Source of the DNA: an uncultured Spirochaetota bacterium
Lineage (GTDB): Bacteria > Spirochaetota > Brevinematia > Brevinematales > JAOACQ01
Direction: 5' to 3'
DNA: 64,000 nt
NCBI GenBank assembly: GCA_963783575.1
Contig: CAWAOD010000009.1
Location: 444,153-508,152 of the forward strand
The notes under the pieces were generated by a model that saw only the letters and a program-made list of their open reading frames with translations, was not told the DNA's origin and searched no databases. Shown piece by piece: positions 48,283 to 57,702 of this stretch. Position 1 is the first letter of the stretch, and each line of letters opens with the position of its first letter. A program made the translations under genes and the position numbers.

Positions 48283-48655
48283 GTCTGGACGTTTCGGATA
48301 ATAATTCGGTACAAAGATGTTAATGTGAATATTTTCGGGGTAATCCGCATGGTTTGCGCTATTGCCCCGCATATGCTAGAAAGGAAATCTGGAATGATAA
48401 TTAATATCGGCTCCATTGGCGGCAGAGTATCAACCCTGATAAACGGGAGTTACTTGGCAATGTTGGAATAAAAGTTGCGCTGATTGAGCCAGGCAATATG
48501 AAACTAATTTCAAGGAAACTGCCTTGTCCGCTTAAGGTCCTTTATATAAAAATGAATCATTGCCCTATTATCCAATCTACAAGCGTTTTTTACAAATTAC
48601 GGCAAACAAAAAAAGCTCCGGTCCTGGAAAAATGATCCCATAGCAAGCTTCGAGG
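48283..48655 (+). pseudogene. short-chain dehydrogenase (SDR) gene remnant, 5'-truncated, with internal deletion and frameshift
   Basis: The conceptual translation gives DVNVNIFGVIRMVCAIAPHMLERKSGMIINIGSIGGRVSTLINGSY (stop), then in another frame GIKVALIEPGNMK...KKAPVLEK. These are SDR NNAG/P-M/IINISS/IEPG blocks. The N-terminal Rossmann domain and the region around the catalytic YxxxK are missing. Confidence 0.6.
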
Positions 48656-48771
48656 AATTGAACCAATTTAGATTAAAATGTATCCGAAATCATATTCAAA
48701 TGTATCCGTATGTCTATTGAAATCTGATATTAAAAATCATATACTCTATTAATCAAGGTAAGGAGATTGTT

Positions 48772-49863
48772 ATGGATCAAATTCATGAGACCCTGAATTA
48801 TTTTCAGTCTAGCATACGAAGGATTTTTCTTGAGGAAAAAGGTATAAATCAAAAATTAGCGGGAAATATTATTCAAATTTATCAAAAAGCGGAGAAAAGG
48901 AAAAAAAAGGCCTTGAAAAAATTCGGAGGCCCGATACCGACATTCTGCATGTTTTCCGTAACCTGGAAATGCAATCTCTCCTGTAAAGGGTGCTACGCGC
49001 GGAATTATCCTCAGGAAGGGCAGTTGAAATTGAATGAAATTATCAACGCTATTTCCGAATTGATCTTACTGGGGAATTCTTTTTTTATTATAGTGGGAGG
49101 CGAACCGCTTGCCGTGCCCGGATTGATAGAATCTCTGGCAAAGCAGAAGGATGGGTTCTTTTTTCTATTTACAAACGGATATTTGTTGAATGATGAAAAA
49201 ATCGGACTTATTAAAAATTCCGGAAATATACTACCTGTTTTGTCAATTGAAGGCAGTATAAACCAGACAGATGCAAGGAGGGGAAATGGTTCGGGTAAAA
49301 AAACCGAGGAAAATATAATTAAATTCAAAAATCTGGGTATGCCCTTTGCATTTTCCTCAATGATATCAAAAGAAAACTATCGTGAAATTTCTTCCAGGGA
49401 TTATTTTGACAATCTATGGAAATCAGGCGCTCTTTTCGGATTTATGATCGATTATGTTCCCATGCCCGGAAGAAATGATGAAGCGCTGCTTTTATCGGAT
49501 GATGAAAGCGTTATCCTTGAAAATGAACTGGATAAGCGAAGAAAGGAATGCAGACCATTTTTCTTTCATTTTCCTGCTGACGAATATAGAATGGGCGGCT
49601 GCCAATCCGCGGGAAAGGGATTTTTTCATATCAATGCCAACGGATTTGCGGAGCCATGCCCATTCAGCCACTTCGCCTGCGATAATATCCGGGATAAATC
49701 CATACCGGAAATCCTTCAGTCAGAGTTTTTCCAGAAAGTAAGAAATGATTTTTCCGGATGTATAAGCGGGCATGCGGGCTGTTTATTGGTAGAGAAATAT
49801 GGCGCACTATCAAAATTAACTGAAAGAACCGGCGCTTTTAACACAGAAACATTGAATGTTTAA
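48772..49863 (+). CDS. radical SAM / SPASM-domain protein
   Basis: FSVTWKCNLSCKGCYA (CxxxCxxC) and a C-terminal Cys cluster CQSAGKGFFHINANGFAEPCPFSHFAC...GCISGHAGC. GGAG RBS. Confidence 0.75.
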   Translation: MDQIHETLNYFQSSIRRIFLEEKGINQKLAGNIIQIYQKAEKRKKKALKKFGGPIPTFCMFSVTWKCNLSCKGCYARNYPQEGQLKLNEIINAISELILLGNSFFIIVGGEPLAVPGLIESLAKQKDGFFFLFTNGYLLNDEKIGLIKNSGNILPVLSIEGSINQTDARRGNGSGKKTEENIIKFKNLGMPFAFSSMISKENYREISSRDYFDNLWKSGALFGFMIDYVPMPGRNDEALLLSDDESVILENELDKRRKECRPFFFHFPADEYRMGGCQSAGKGFFHINANGFAEPCPFSHFACDNIRDKSIPEILQSEFFQKVRNDFSGCISGHAGCLLVEKYGALSKLTERTGAFNTETLNV

Positions 49864-50046
49864 AACTCAATATTTTGACTGTTTTCAAATTAGTGTGCTA
49901 TCAATACTTCAAGTCAAATTTTTCTAAAGCAGTAAGAAAGATCTGTTTAAAATAATTGACTTATATTTAAAATTTCTTTAATTTTTTACAACGGTTATAT
50001 TAAAATCTTAAAAATACAGTTCAATAATTAATTATAAGGTAAATTT

Positions 50047-50383
50047 ATGAATAAAATGGGCAGAATAATCCTTATAACAGCGGGATTAATTATATTATTC
50101 TTTATAGTTTGGAATATGGTTAAAAAAACCGGTGTGGAGTACTATAAAGTCAGGCAGATTGATATTGACAGGAAACCTCGACCGTGAAACCGGCGGAGCC
50201 GTTCTGGATGTTATGACAAAAATGGTCAGGGAAAGAGGTGCAACGCTCGCCCGCGAGATAGCACTCAAGGCAGACAGGATCATAGAGCTTGTTGACGGAA
50301 AGATCTGCAAGGATTTCAAAATAGCAGATTCGGGCGCTGAAGCGGCGAGGGAAATCCTGGAAGACAGGGCATGCGTGATTTAA
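50047..50383 (+). pseudogene. fused remnant: N-terminus of HlyD/MacA-type membrane-fusion protein joined out of frame to the C-terminal about 80 aa of a MacB/LolD-type ABC ATPase
   Basis: The 50047-50187 frame gives MNKMGRIILITAGLIILFFIVWNMVKKTGVEYYKVRQIDIDRKP (MFP-like anchor). The 50132-50383 frame gives ...ILTGNLDRETGGAVLDVMTKMVRERGATL...ADRIIELVDGKI (ABC D-loop/H-loop region). The segment is locally GC-rich. Confidence 0.55.
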
Positions 50384-50513
50384 AGAAAATATCAATTCGG
50401 GCCGAGCCTGCCGGCATTATTCGTGTTTCTTGGTTTCAGTTTTTGGGCAATTTTTCTTGGAATTTTCTCAGGGGAATCATTCGGGAAAAATGACGGGAAA
50501 TAAGGGCATAAAA

Positions 50514-51503
50514 TTATACAATTTTCTCCCATCCGCCGCTTTTTTCGGAAGCAAATAACGCATCAAGCGCTTTCATATTGTTAACGGCATCTTCCGGAGG
50601 AGTCGGAACCGGTTTATTATCCCTGATGGATGCCGCAAAAGCTTCAAATTCAAGGCCATACTGGTCTGCTGGCCCGAGCAGAATTTCTCGTGTTTCCACA
50701 TCTGTTTTTACCGTGATCCTGGCCGGTACATCGGACGGCATATTAAACGGGATTTCTACCGTTATCTGGCCGCCGTTTCCGTAAACATAAACTTTCTGGC
50801 CTGAAAATATCTGCGTGCTGACCGTAAAGACCGATCTCGCCTCACCGAAATCAATTATGCCCGAAGTTAGCACATCGGTACCGAAATTTTTATCCCTGTT
50901 GACAAGGCTTATTACCCTTTCAGGCTCATGGTCAATAAGGTAGCGCGCTGTTGAAACGGCATAGCATCCGATGTCTAAAATTGCGCCTCCCCCAATGTCC
51001 GTAATATTGCGGATATTTTCCGGATCGGTATTGTTATATCCGAAGAAGGTATGAACCGAAAGGACTTTTCCGATTTCCCCGGTTTTTATAAGCTCATAAA
51101 CATGCTTCCATTGGGGATGGAATCTATACATAAAGGCTTCCATAAGCTTTACGCCCTTCAATTTCGCGTAATTGACACATTCAACAGCATCTTTTGCATT
51201 GAGAGTTATTGGTTTTTCACAGATGATATGCTTGCCCGCGTCCGAGGATTTTTTTATCCATTCAAGATGCAGGTGGTTAGGCAAAGGAATGTATACAAAA
51301 TCAATATTTTTGTCTTTTAAAAGCCCTTCATAAGAAGAATAATATATAGGGACACCGTATTTTTCAGCAAAATTCTGTGCTTTTTCTTTTGAACGGGAAG
51401 CTATTGCGTAGACTTCAACCGATTCTGCCTTTTTAAGAGGTGAAATAACCCTTTTTTCAAAATGACCGGAAACCCCCATAATCCCTAATTTTAAAGGCTT
51501 CAT
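50514..51503 (-). CDS. Gfo/Idh/MocA-family NAD(P)-dependent oxidoreductase
   Basis: MKPLKLGIMGVSGHFEKRVISPL Rossmann N-terminus, EKP motif (ICEKPITLN). 329 aa. Confidence 0.75.
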   Translation of the reverse strand: MKPLKLGIMGVSGHFEKRVISPLKKAESVEVYAIASRSKEKAQNFAEKYGVPIYYSSYEGLLKDKNIDFVYIPLPNHLHLEWIKKSSDAGKHIICEKPITLNAKDAVECVNYAKLKGVKLMEAFMYRFHPQWKHVYELIKTGEIGKVLSVHTFFGYNNTDPENIRNITDIGGGAILDIGCYAVSTARYLIDHEPERVISLVNRDKNFGTDVLTSGIIDFGEARSVFTVSTQIFSGQKVYVYGNGGQITVEIPFNMPSDVPARITVKTDVETREILLGPADQYGLEFEAFAASIRDNKPVPTPPEDAVNNMKALDALFASEKSGGWEKIV

Positions 51504-51534
51504 TTTAAACCTCCTATCTTGATAAATTAAAATT

Positions 51535-51963
51535 TCAATTTAAAAACCCTGATAATTGTTCTGCTATTTCATTGATCTCATTTTCACCGGCTAATAAACT
51601 GAAAATTTTAATAACCCTGACTTTACTCCCTGATAAAAGCTTTATTATTAAACCCGGGCTTGTCTTTTTAATTTCCTTTATCCTCCCTCTACTGATTGAG
51701 ACAGGCTTGAAGAACAATCCCAGCCTAACAACAACTTCGTTATCGCTGAATTCCACATAAGGCGGCTTTTTTCTGAACCAAACGAAATAATATAATAAAA
51801 TGACCGAGGCATAGGCGTAAAATCCGATCATCAAAATTATATTTTTCGGATATACAAACGTGAATACAAAAAATACAATCGATATTATTGATATAACTCT
51901 TTCGATTCTATTCGTTTTAAAAGAATATTCTCTATTATTTTGACTTAACTTTTCTGCTGTCAT
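51535..51963 (-). CDS. membrane protein with bacterial PH-like (YdbS/bPH_2-type) topology
   Basis: Two adjacent TM helices, then a short beta-rich cytoplasmic domain. 142 aa. Confidence 0.35.
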   Translation of the reverse strand: MTAEKLSQNNREYSFKTNRIERVISIISIVFFVFTFVYPKNIILMIGFYAYASVILLYYFVWFRKKPPYVEFSDNEVVVRLGLFFKPVSISRGRIKEIKKTSPGLIIKLLSGSKVRVIKIFSLLAGENEINEIAEQLSGFLN

Positions 51964-52327
51964 TCCTTTCCTCCGGTAAAAGTTATAATATCCAGCTTTT
52001 AATAATTATAGATGTATTGAAAAAATAATGCAACACTTAATTTAAAAACTGATTAATCCCTAGTCATGGGAGAAACATATTTTACTAAAGATTATTATAA
52101 AATGTCATTATGAAAAGATTATAATAATTGATAAAATGCTTCTATTCAAAACTATTGGATTACAAGCATGATGAAAATATAGTATAATTATTGACAAAGA
52201 GGTTTTACGTTATTAATTTTGTAATATATCCGGCTGTAAATTAAAATATCTAAACGCTGAGTAGATAATTCCGATTTTAACCCTATTTGAACCTTAATCG
52301 AAATAATTTGTTGTTAAGGATATGCTT

Positions 52328-53803
52328 ATGAAATATGCTCAATCACTTTCTCTTCTAACCGATCTTTATGAATTAACAATGGCATACAGTTACTGGAAAT
52401 CCGGCGCCGGCAACAAAGAATCTGTATTTCATATGACCTTCAGGGAAAATCCGTTTCAGGGCGGATTTACAATAATGTGCGGTCTTGAATATTTAATAGA
52501 TTATTTAAAGAATTTGAAGTTCGACCGGAGTGATCTCGATTATCTCGATACCCTGAAGGGATATGATTCAAAAAATTTATTCGATCATGAATTTTTACAT
52601 TATCTTGAATCAATGAAATTTGAGTGCGATATTGATGCTGTACCGGAAGGAACGGTCATATTTCCTCATGAGCCTATTTTGAGGGTTCGGGGCTCGGTTA
52701 TCCAATGTCAGATAGTCGAATCGGCGATCCTTAATATGATAAATTTTCAATCACTTATCGCTACAAAAGCCGCGAGAATATGTATCGCGGCAAAAGATGA
52801 CCCGGTTTTAGAGTTCGGCCTTCGCAGGGCCCAGGGTTTTGACGGTGCGCTTGCCGCAAGCAGAGCGGCTTACATCGGAGGATGTGCAGGTACGTCAAAC
52901 GTTCTTGCTGGAAAAATGTTCGGTATTCCGGTAAAAGGCACTCATGCACATAGCTGGGTTATGACTTTCGACAGCGAGCAGGAAGCGTTTCAGGCATACG
53001 CTCTGGCTATGCCAAATAACTGCGTTATGCTTGTCGACACTTACAATTCTCTTGAAGGCGTAAAGCATGCAATAGAGACCGGTAAGCAGCTAAGGCAAAA
53101 TGGGAGCAATCTTTATGGAATACGCCTTGATTCGGGAGACCTGGCTTATCTGAGCAAACAGGCGCGTAAAATTCTTGATGATGCAGGTTTTGAGAATACA
53201 AAAATTTTCGCTAGCAACGATCTTGATGAGGACATCATCGCCAGCCTGAAGGAACAAGGGGCGGAAATTACTGTCTGGGGTGTTGGTACAAAACTTGTCA
53301 CTGCTGATAAATATCCGGCTCTCGGGGGCGTTTATAAATTGTCAGCGATCAGGAACCCTGGAGCTGATTGGGAGTATAAATTAAAACTTTCCGAGCAGGC
53401 CGTTAAAATTTCGACTCCGGGGATACTCCAGGTGAGGCGTTTTAGGGAAAAGGGTGAAAATATAGCCGATGCCATTTACCAGACTGAAACCGATCTTTCA
53501 AAAGGATGTTCTATTATAGATCCTTTCGATATAACAAAACATAAATTGATACCTGAAAATACTGAATATACCGATTTATTAATTCCTGTCTTCCGTAATG
53601 GACAGAATATTTACCCAGAAAGAAATATCAATGAAATACGCGAAAGCACAAAAACAAGCCTGCGGTCTTTTTACAGCGGGATCAAGCGCTTTATCAACCC
53701 TCACCGGTACCCGGTAGGTTTGGAAAAATCATTGAATGATCTCAGAATGGAATTAATCATAAAGGAAAGGAAAAAAAGTACAAATACAGGAGTAAAAAAA
53801 TGA
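52328..53803 (+). CDS. pncB: nicotinate phosphoribosyltransferase
   Basis: LTDLYELTMAYSYWKSG N-terminus, GTHAHSWVM and RLDSGDLAYLS motifs of NAPRTase. About 490 aa. Confidence 0.85.
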   Translation: MKYAQSLSLLTDLYELTMAYSYWKSGAGNKESVFHMTFRENPFQGGFTIMCGLEYLIDYLKNLKFDRSDLDYLDTLKGYDSKNLFDHEFLHYLESMKFECDIDAVPEGTVIFPHEPILRVRGSVIQCQIVESAILNMINFQSLIATKAARICIAAKDDPVLEFGLRRAQGFDGALAASRAAYIGGCAGTSNVLAGKMFGIPVKGTHAHSWVMTFDSEQEAFQAYALAMPNNCVMLVDTYNSLEGVKHAIETGKQLRQNGSNLYGIRLDSGDLAYLSKQARKILDDAGFENTKIFASNDLDEDIIASLKEQGAEITVWGVGTKLVTADKYPALGGVYKLSAIRNPGADWEYKLKLSEQAVKISTPGILQVRRFREKGENIADAIYQTETDLSKGCSIIDPFDITKHKLIPENTEYTDLLIPVFRNGQNIYPERNINEIRESTKTSLRSFYSGIKRFINPHRYPVGLEKSLNDLRMELIIKERKKSTNTGVKK

Positions 53804-54411
53804 AAGCATTGATAATAGTCGATGTGCAGAATGATTTCTGTCCCGGAGGCGCACTGGCTGTGAATGACGGCGATAAAATCGTTCCTGTTGTGAACAGCCT
53901 TATGGACAAATTCGATTTGGTCGTAGCGACCCAGGACTGGCATCCGAAAAAGCACAGCAGTTTTGCCAGTACACATGGTAAAAATATTTATGATGTCATA
54001 GACATTGATGGCCTTCTGCAGACTTTATGGCCCGATCATTGTGTTCAGAAAAGCCCGGGGGCAGAATTGAGGGCCGATCTGGACAAAAATAAAATCACAA
54101 AGATATTCCATAAGGGAACCGACAAAAATATCGACAGCTACAGCGGTTTTTTTGACAATGGCCATAAAAAGGCTACAGGCCTTGGAATTTATCTCCATAG
54201 AAAGGATGTAAAAGAGGTTTATATTACCGGTCTTGCAACAGATTACTGTGTTAAATACACGGCCCTTGATGCTGTAGAATTGGGCTTTAAAACGAATATC
54301 ATTCTTGAAGCTTGCAGAGGTGTAAATATAAATCCGGGTGATGTCGATAAAGCCGTTGATGAAATGAAAAAAGCCGGTGTAAATATTATAAAAGAGGCGA
54401 GTGATGCCTGA
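53800..54411 (+). CDS. pncA: nicotinamidase/pyrazinamidase (isochorismatase family)
   Basis: MKALIIVDVQNDFCPGGALAV, ATQDWHP and the catalytic Cys in TGLATDYCVKYTALDA. Start overlaps the pncB stop by 4 nt. Confidence 0.85.
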   Translation: MKALIIVDVQNDFCPGGALAVNDGDKIVPVVNSLMDKFDLVVATQDWHPKKHSSFASTHGKNIYDVIDIDGLLQTLWPDHCVQKSPGAELRADLDKNKITKIFHKGTDKNIDSYSGFFDNGHKKATGLGIYLHRKDVKEVYITGLATDYCVKYTALDAVELGFKTNIILEACRGVNINPGDVDKAVDEMKKAGVNIIKEASDA

Positions 54412-54970
54412 GAATGAAAAGATACTGGCTAAGGGAAGCTTTATAAGTTTTGTTATAAAAAACGGCTGGGAATATGTTGAGAGAAATAACTGCACGGCAA
54501 CGGTCGCGATTATCGCCGTTACTCCGGAAAATGAACTCCTTCTAACTGAACAATTCCGAATTCCTTTGAATAAAAGCGTGATTGAACTTCCCGCCGGCCT
54601 AGTGAACGATAGGAACAACTCAGCATTAACTGCTATTGATAAGTCAATGCCCGTATTTGAAACAATAGAACAGGCCGCAAACCGTGAGTTGATAGAAGAA
54701 ACAGGTTACTCTGCAGGAGAAACTGAAGTTATCATCGAAGGCCCTACATCAAGCGGCCTTACATCCGAATTGCAGACACTGATCCTTGCAAGAAACTTAA
54801 TAAAAGTTTCGGAAGGAGGCGGAGACGGAACCGAATCAATCATCGTCCATAAGGTACCCCTGGAAGGCATCGAATACTGGCTTGATCAAATGAGAGGAAA
54901 AGGCTTTCTTGTTGATCCCAAGATTTACGCAGGATTGTATTTTGTTGTTAAAAGGAAGAAAACCGGTTAA
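54401..54970 (+). CDS. NUDIX hydrolase (ADP-ribose pyrophosphatase-like)
   Basis: Nudix box ...IEQAANRELIEETGY..., preceded by ELPAGLVN. Overlaps the pncA stop. Confidence 0.75.
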   Translation: MMPENEKILAKGSFISFVIKNGWEYVERNNCTATVAIIAVTPENELLLTEQFRIPLNKSVIELPAGLVNDRNNSALTAIDKSMPVFETIEQAANRELIEETGYSAGETEVIIEGPTSSGLTSELQTLILARNLIKVSEGGGDGTESIIVHKVPLEGIEYWLDQMRGKGFLVDPKIYAGLYFVVKRKKTG

Positions 54971-55005
54971 AATAATTACAATTATTTTTTATATCGGAGC
55001 TGATC

Positions 55006-56376
55006 ATGAGTTTTCCTAAAAATTTTGTATGGGGCGCCGCCACGGCGGCTTACCAGATCGAGGGAGCAACAGAGGAAGATGGCCGGGGAATGTCTGTCTG
55101 GGATATGTTCTGCAGAAAACCGGGGGCTGTCTATGGAGAATATTCCGGCGATCCTGCCTGCGATCATTATCACCGCTACCGCGAAGATGTTGAAATAATG
55201 AAGGAAATCGGCTTGTCTGCTTACAGGTTGTCAGTTTCCTGGCCGAGGATATTGCCTTCGGGAACAGGTTCAATAAACAGGAAAGGCCTTGATTTTTACA
55301 ACAAACTGATCGACGCACTTCTTGAAGCGGGCATTGTTCCATATGTCACACTGTTTCACTGGGATTTACCTTATGAACTTTACTGCAGAGGCGGATGGCT
55401 CAGTACGGAAAGTCCGGACTGGTTTGCTGAATTCACCAGGATTGTTGTTGAAAGCCTATCGGACAGGGTCAGGAACTGGTTTACTTTTAATGAGCCAAGC
55501 TGTGTAATTAATCTTGGGTATCTTGAAGGGGTGCACGCTCCCGGCGATAAGCTCGGTTTCGCGCAGGCGGCAAGGGCGATGCATAATATCCTGCTTTCAC
55601 ATGGAAAGTCGGTCCGGACGATCCGGGAAATTTCAAAATCAAAAAGCCTTGTCGGATTCGCACCTTCGGTAAAAATTTGTATCCCAGCTACTATAAGCAG
55701 TGAGGACATAGACGCTTCAAGAAAAGAAATGTTTTCATCGGGAAGAAAAAGCCTGTGGGAGAATTCCTTCTGGATGGACCCGATTTTTGAAGGGCATTAT
55801 CCCGGTGATTACCTGGATGTTTTAGGCAGCGATGCCCCCGAGGTTAAACAGGATGATATGAAAACTATCTGCCAGCCGCTGGATTTTTTCGGATTTAACT
55901 GTTACAGATGCGACACATACCGAGCCGGAACAAACGGTGAGCCTGAAATAGAGCCGTATCATATGGGTTATCCCCATACGGCTTTTAAGGATGGTGATTA
56001 CTGGCAGGTAACACCGGAAATAATTTACTGGGGAGCAAAATTTTTTTATGAGCGCTACCATTTGCCAATATTCATAACAGAAAACGGGATGTCAAACACA
56101 GATTTGATATCACTTGACGGGAAAGTGCACGATCCTCAAAGAATAGACTTTTTATCGAGGTATCTAATAATGCTCCACCAAGCGGTAGTTGAAGGAGTTG
56201 ATGTGAGGGGATATTTCCTCTGGTCAATAATGGATAACTTCGAATGGGCGGAATCCTACCGCCAGCGTTTCGGTATAGTGTACGTGGATTATCCCACACA
56301 AAAACGTATACTCAAAGATTCCGCTCACTGGTATAAGGGAGTGATAGCCTCAAACGGGGCAAATATATTAATCTAA
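55006..56376 (+). CDS. bglB: GH1 beta-glucosidase
   Basis: FVWGAATAAYQIEGA N-terminus, TFNEP acid/base and ITENGM nucleophile motifs. 456 aa. Confidence 0.9.
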   Translation: MSFPKNFVWGAATAAYQIEGATEEDGRGMSVWDMFCRKPGAVYGEYSGDPACDHYHRYREDVEIMKEIGLSAYRLSVSWPRILPSGTGSINRKGLDFYNKLIDALLEAGIVPYVTLFHWDLPYELYCRGGWLSTESPDWFAEFTRIVVESLSDRVRNWFTFNEPSCVINLGYLEGVHAPGDKLGFAQAARAMHNILLSHGKSVRTIREISKSKSLVGFAPSVKICIPATISSEDIDASRKEMFSSGRKSLWENSFWMDPIFEGHYPGDYLDVLGSDAPEVKQDDMKTICQPLDFFGFNCYRCDTYRAGTNGEPEIEPYHMGYPHTAFKDGDYWQVTPEIIYWGAKFFYERYHLPIFITENGMSNTDLISLDGKVHDPQRIDFLSRYLIMLHQAVVEGVDVRGYFLWSIMDNFEWAESYRQRFGIVYVDYPTQKRILKDSAHWYKGVIASNGANILI

Positions 56377-56577
56377 ATTGGGCAATTTTCAAAATTTATT
56401 CAATCATCAATGCTAATACTTCGCATTATCAGTTGGTTAATTGGTTAGTCTTTTAGACAATTAGTATTTTATTTCGATATGACTAGCCGACCAACAGACT
56501 TTCGACTGAAAATATATAAGGAAATGTATTGTTATCAATTAGACTATTATATAAGAATTAGTTAGGATTTAAATAAA

Positions 56578-57552
56578 TTAGGGGATTTCGACGGTATTTA
56601 AAATATCCTCAATAACCTTTTCGGTTGTTATTCCTTCGGCTTCTGCCTCAAAACTCAGAATTATCCTGTGCCGTAAAATTTCATAAGCGACAAGTTTTAT
56701 ATCCTCGGGAATCACATAGCCGCGTCCGTCGAAAAAGGCCTCACAGCGTGCTGCTTTTATAAAATTAATAGAAGCCCTGGGTGAAGCGCCGTATTTAACA
56801 TAGCCTTTCTCGAAATTCCGTGTTGCAAAAACAATATTTACTACATAATCATATATTTTCTCGTCAACATAAATCCTTTCTACAAATTTTTGGAGATTAA
56901 TAATTTCATCTTTCGAAGCGACTGTTTTCGGTTCAGGGGAAAACATCCCGCTCATCCGGTGGATTATACGTTTTTCCTCTTTCTGATTCGGGTAATCTAC
57001 GAAAACCTTCATGTAAAAACGGTCTGTCTGAGCCTCGGGCAGAGGGTAAGTCCCCTCCTGTTCGATTGGATTCTGGGTTGCCATAACAAAAAAAGGATCG
57101 GGAAGCTGATATGTAGTTTCACCGATAGTTGCCGTTTTTTCCTGCATAGATTCAAGAAGCGCTGATTGTACTTTGGATGGAGCCCTGTTTATTTCATCGG
57201 CAAGGATAAAATTTGTAAATACCGGTCCCTTTTTAATCTCAAAACTTCCGTTATGCTGGTTATAAATCAAAGTTCCCCTGATATCCGCAGGAAGCATATC
57301 CGGAGTAAACTGGATCCTTTTAAAGTCAACTTCCAAAATTCTGGCAAGAGTTCTGATTGAGAGTGTTTTTGCAAGACCCGGTACCCCTTCAAGTAAAATA
57401 TGCCCGCCTGATATAATAGCCGATATCATTTTATTCAAGAGGTTGTCCTGCCCGACAATTACCTTCTGAAACTCCGCTTTAATTCTTTCGATTATTTTAA
57501 CCTGTTCGGCCGCTTCTTCGGTCAATTTTTTAATCTCATCATCCATTCTCAA
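56578..57552 (-). CDS. MoxR-family AAA+ ATPase
   Basis: HILLEGVPGLAKT Walker A, ADEINRAPSKVQSALLESMQE. 324 aa. Confidence 0.85.
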   Translation of the reverse strand: MRMDDEIKKLTEEAAEQVKIIERIKAEFQKVIVGQDNLLNKMISAIISGGHILLEGVPGLAKTLSIRTLARILEVDFKRIQFTPDMLPADIRGTLIYNQHNGSFEIKKGPVFTNFILADEINRAPSKVQSALLESMQEKTATIGETTYQLPDPFFVMATQNPIEQEGTYPLPEAQTDRFYMKVFVDYPNQKEEKRIIHRMSGMFSPEPKTVASKDEIINLQKFVERIYVDEKIYDYVVNIVFATRNFEKGYVKYGASPRASINFIKAARCEAFFDGRGYVIPEDIKLVAYEILRHRIILSFEAEAEGITTEKVIEDILNTVEIP

Positions 57553-57702
57553 GCTCCTGTAAAATTATAATGATTATTATTTTATACTCTGTTGTTTTTT
57601 TTTGCAAAAATGCAGTGACCTGAAAAATTATTGTCTGGCATAGGATTCGGCACCCCGTCTTAAGTTGGGGGTTGCGTTGGATTGAACTTTTAACCGCCGA
57701 AA

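Noticed and set aside
50132-50383. 83-aa ORF as a stand-alone small gene
   Set aside because: Its sequence is the conserved C-terminal end of an ABC-transporter ATPase (D-loop/H-loop to C-terminus) with no N-terminal Walker A. It is a gene remnant, not a functional small protein.
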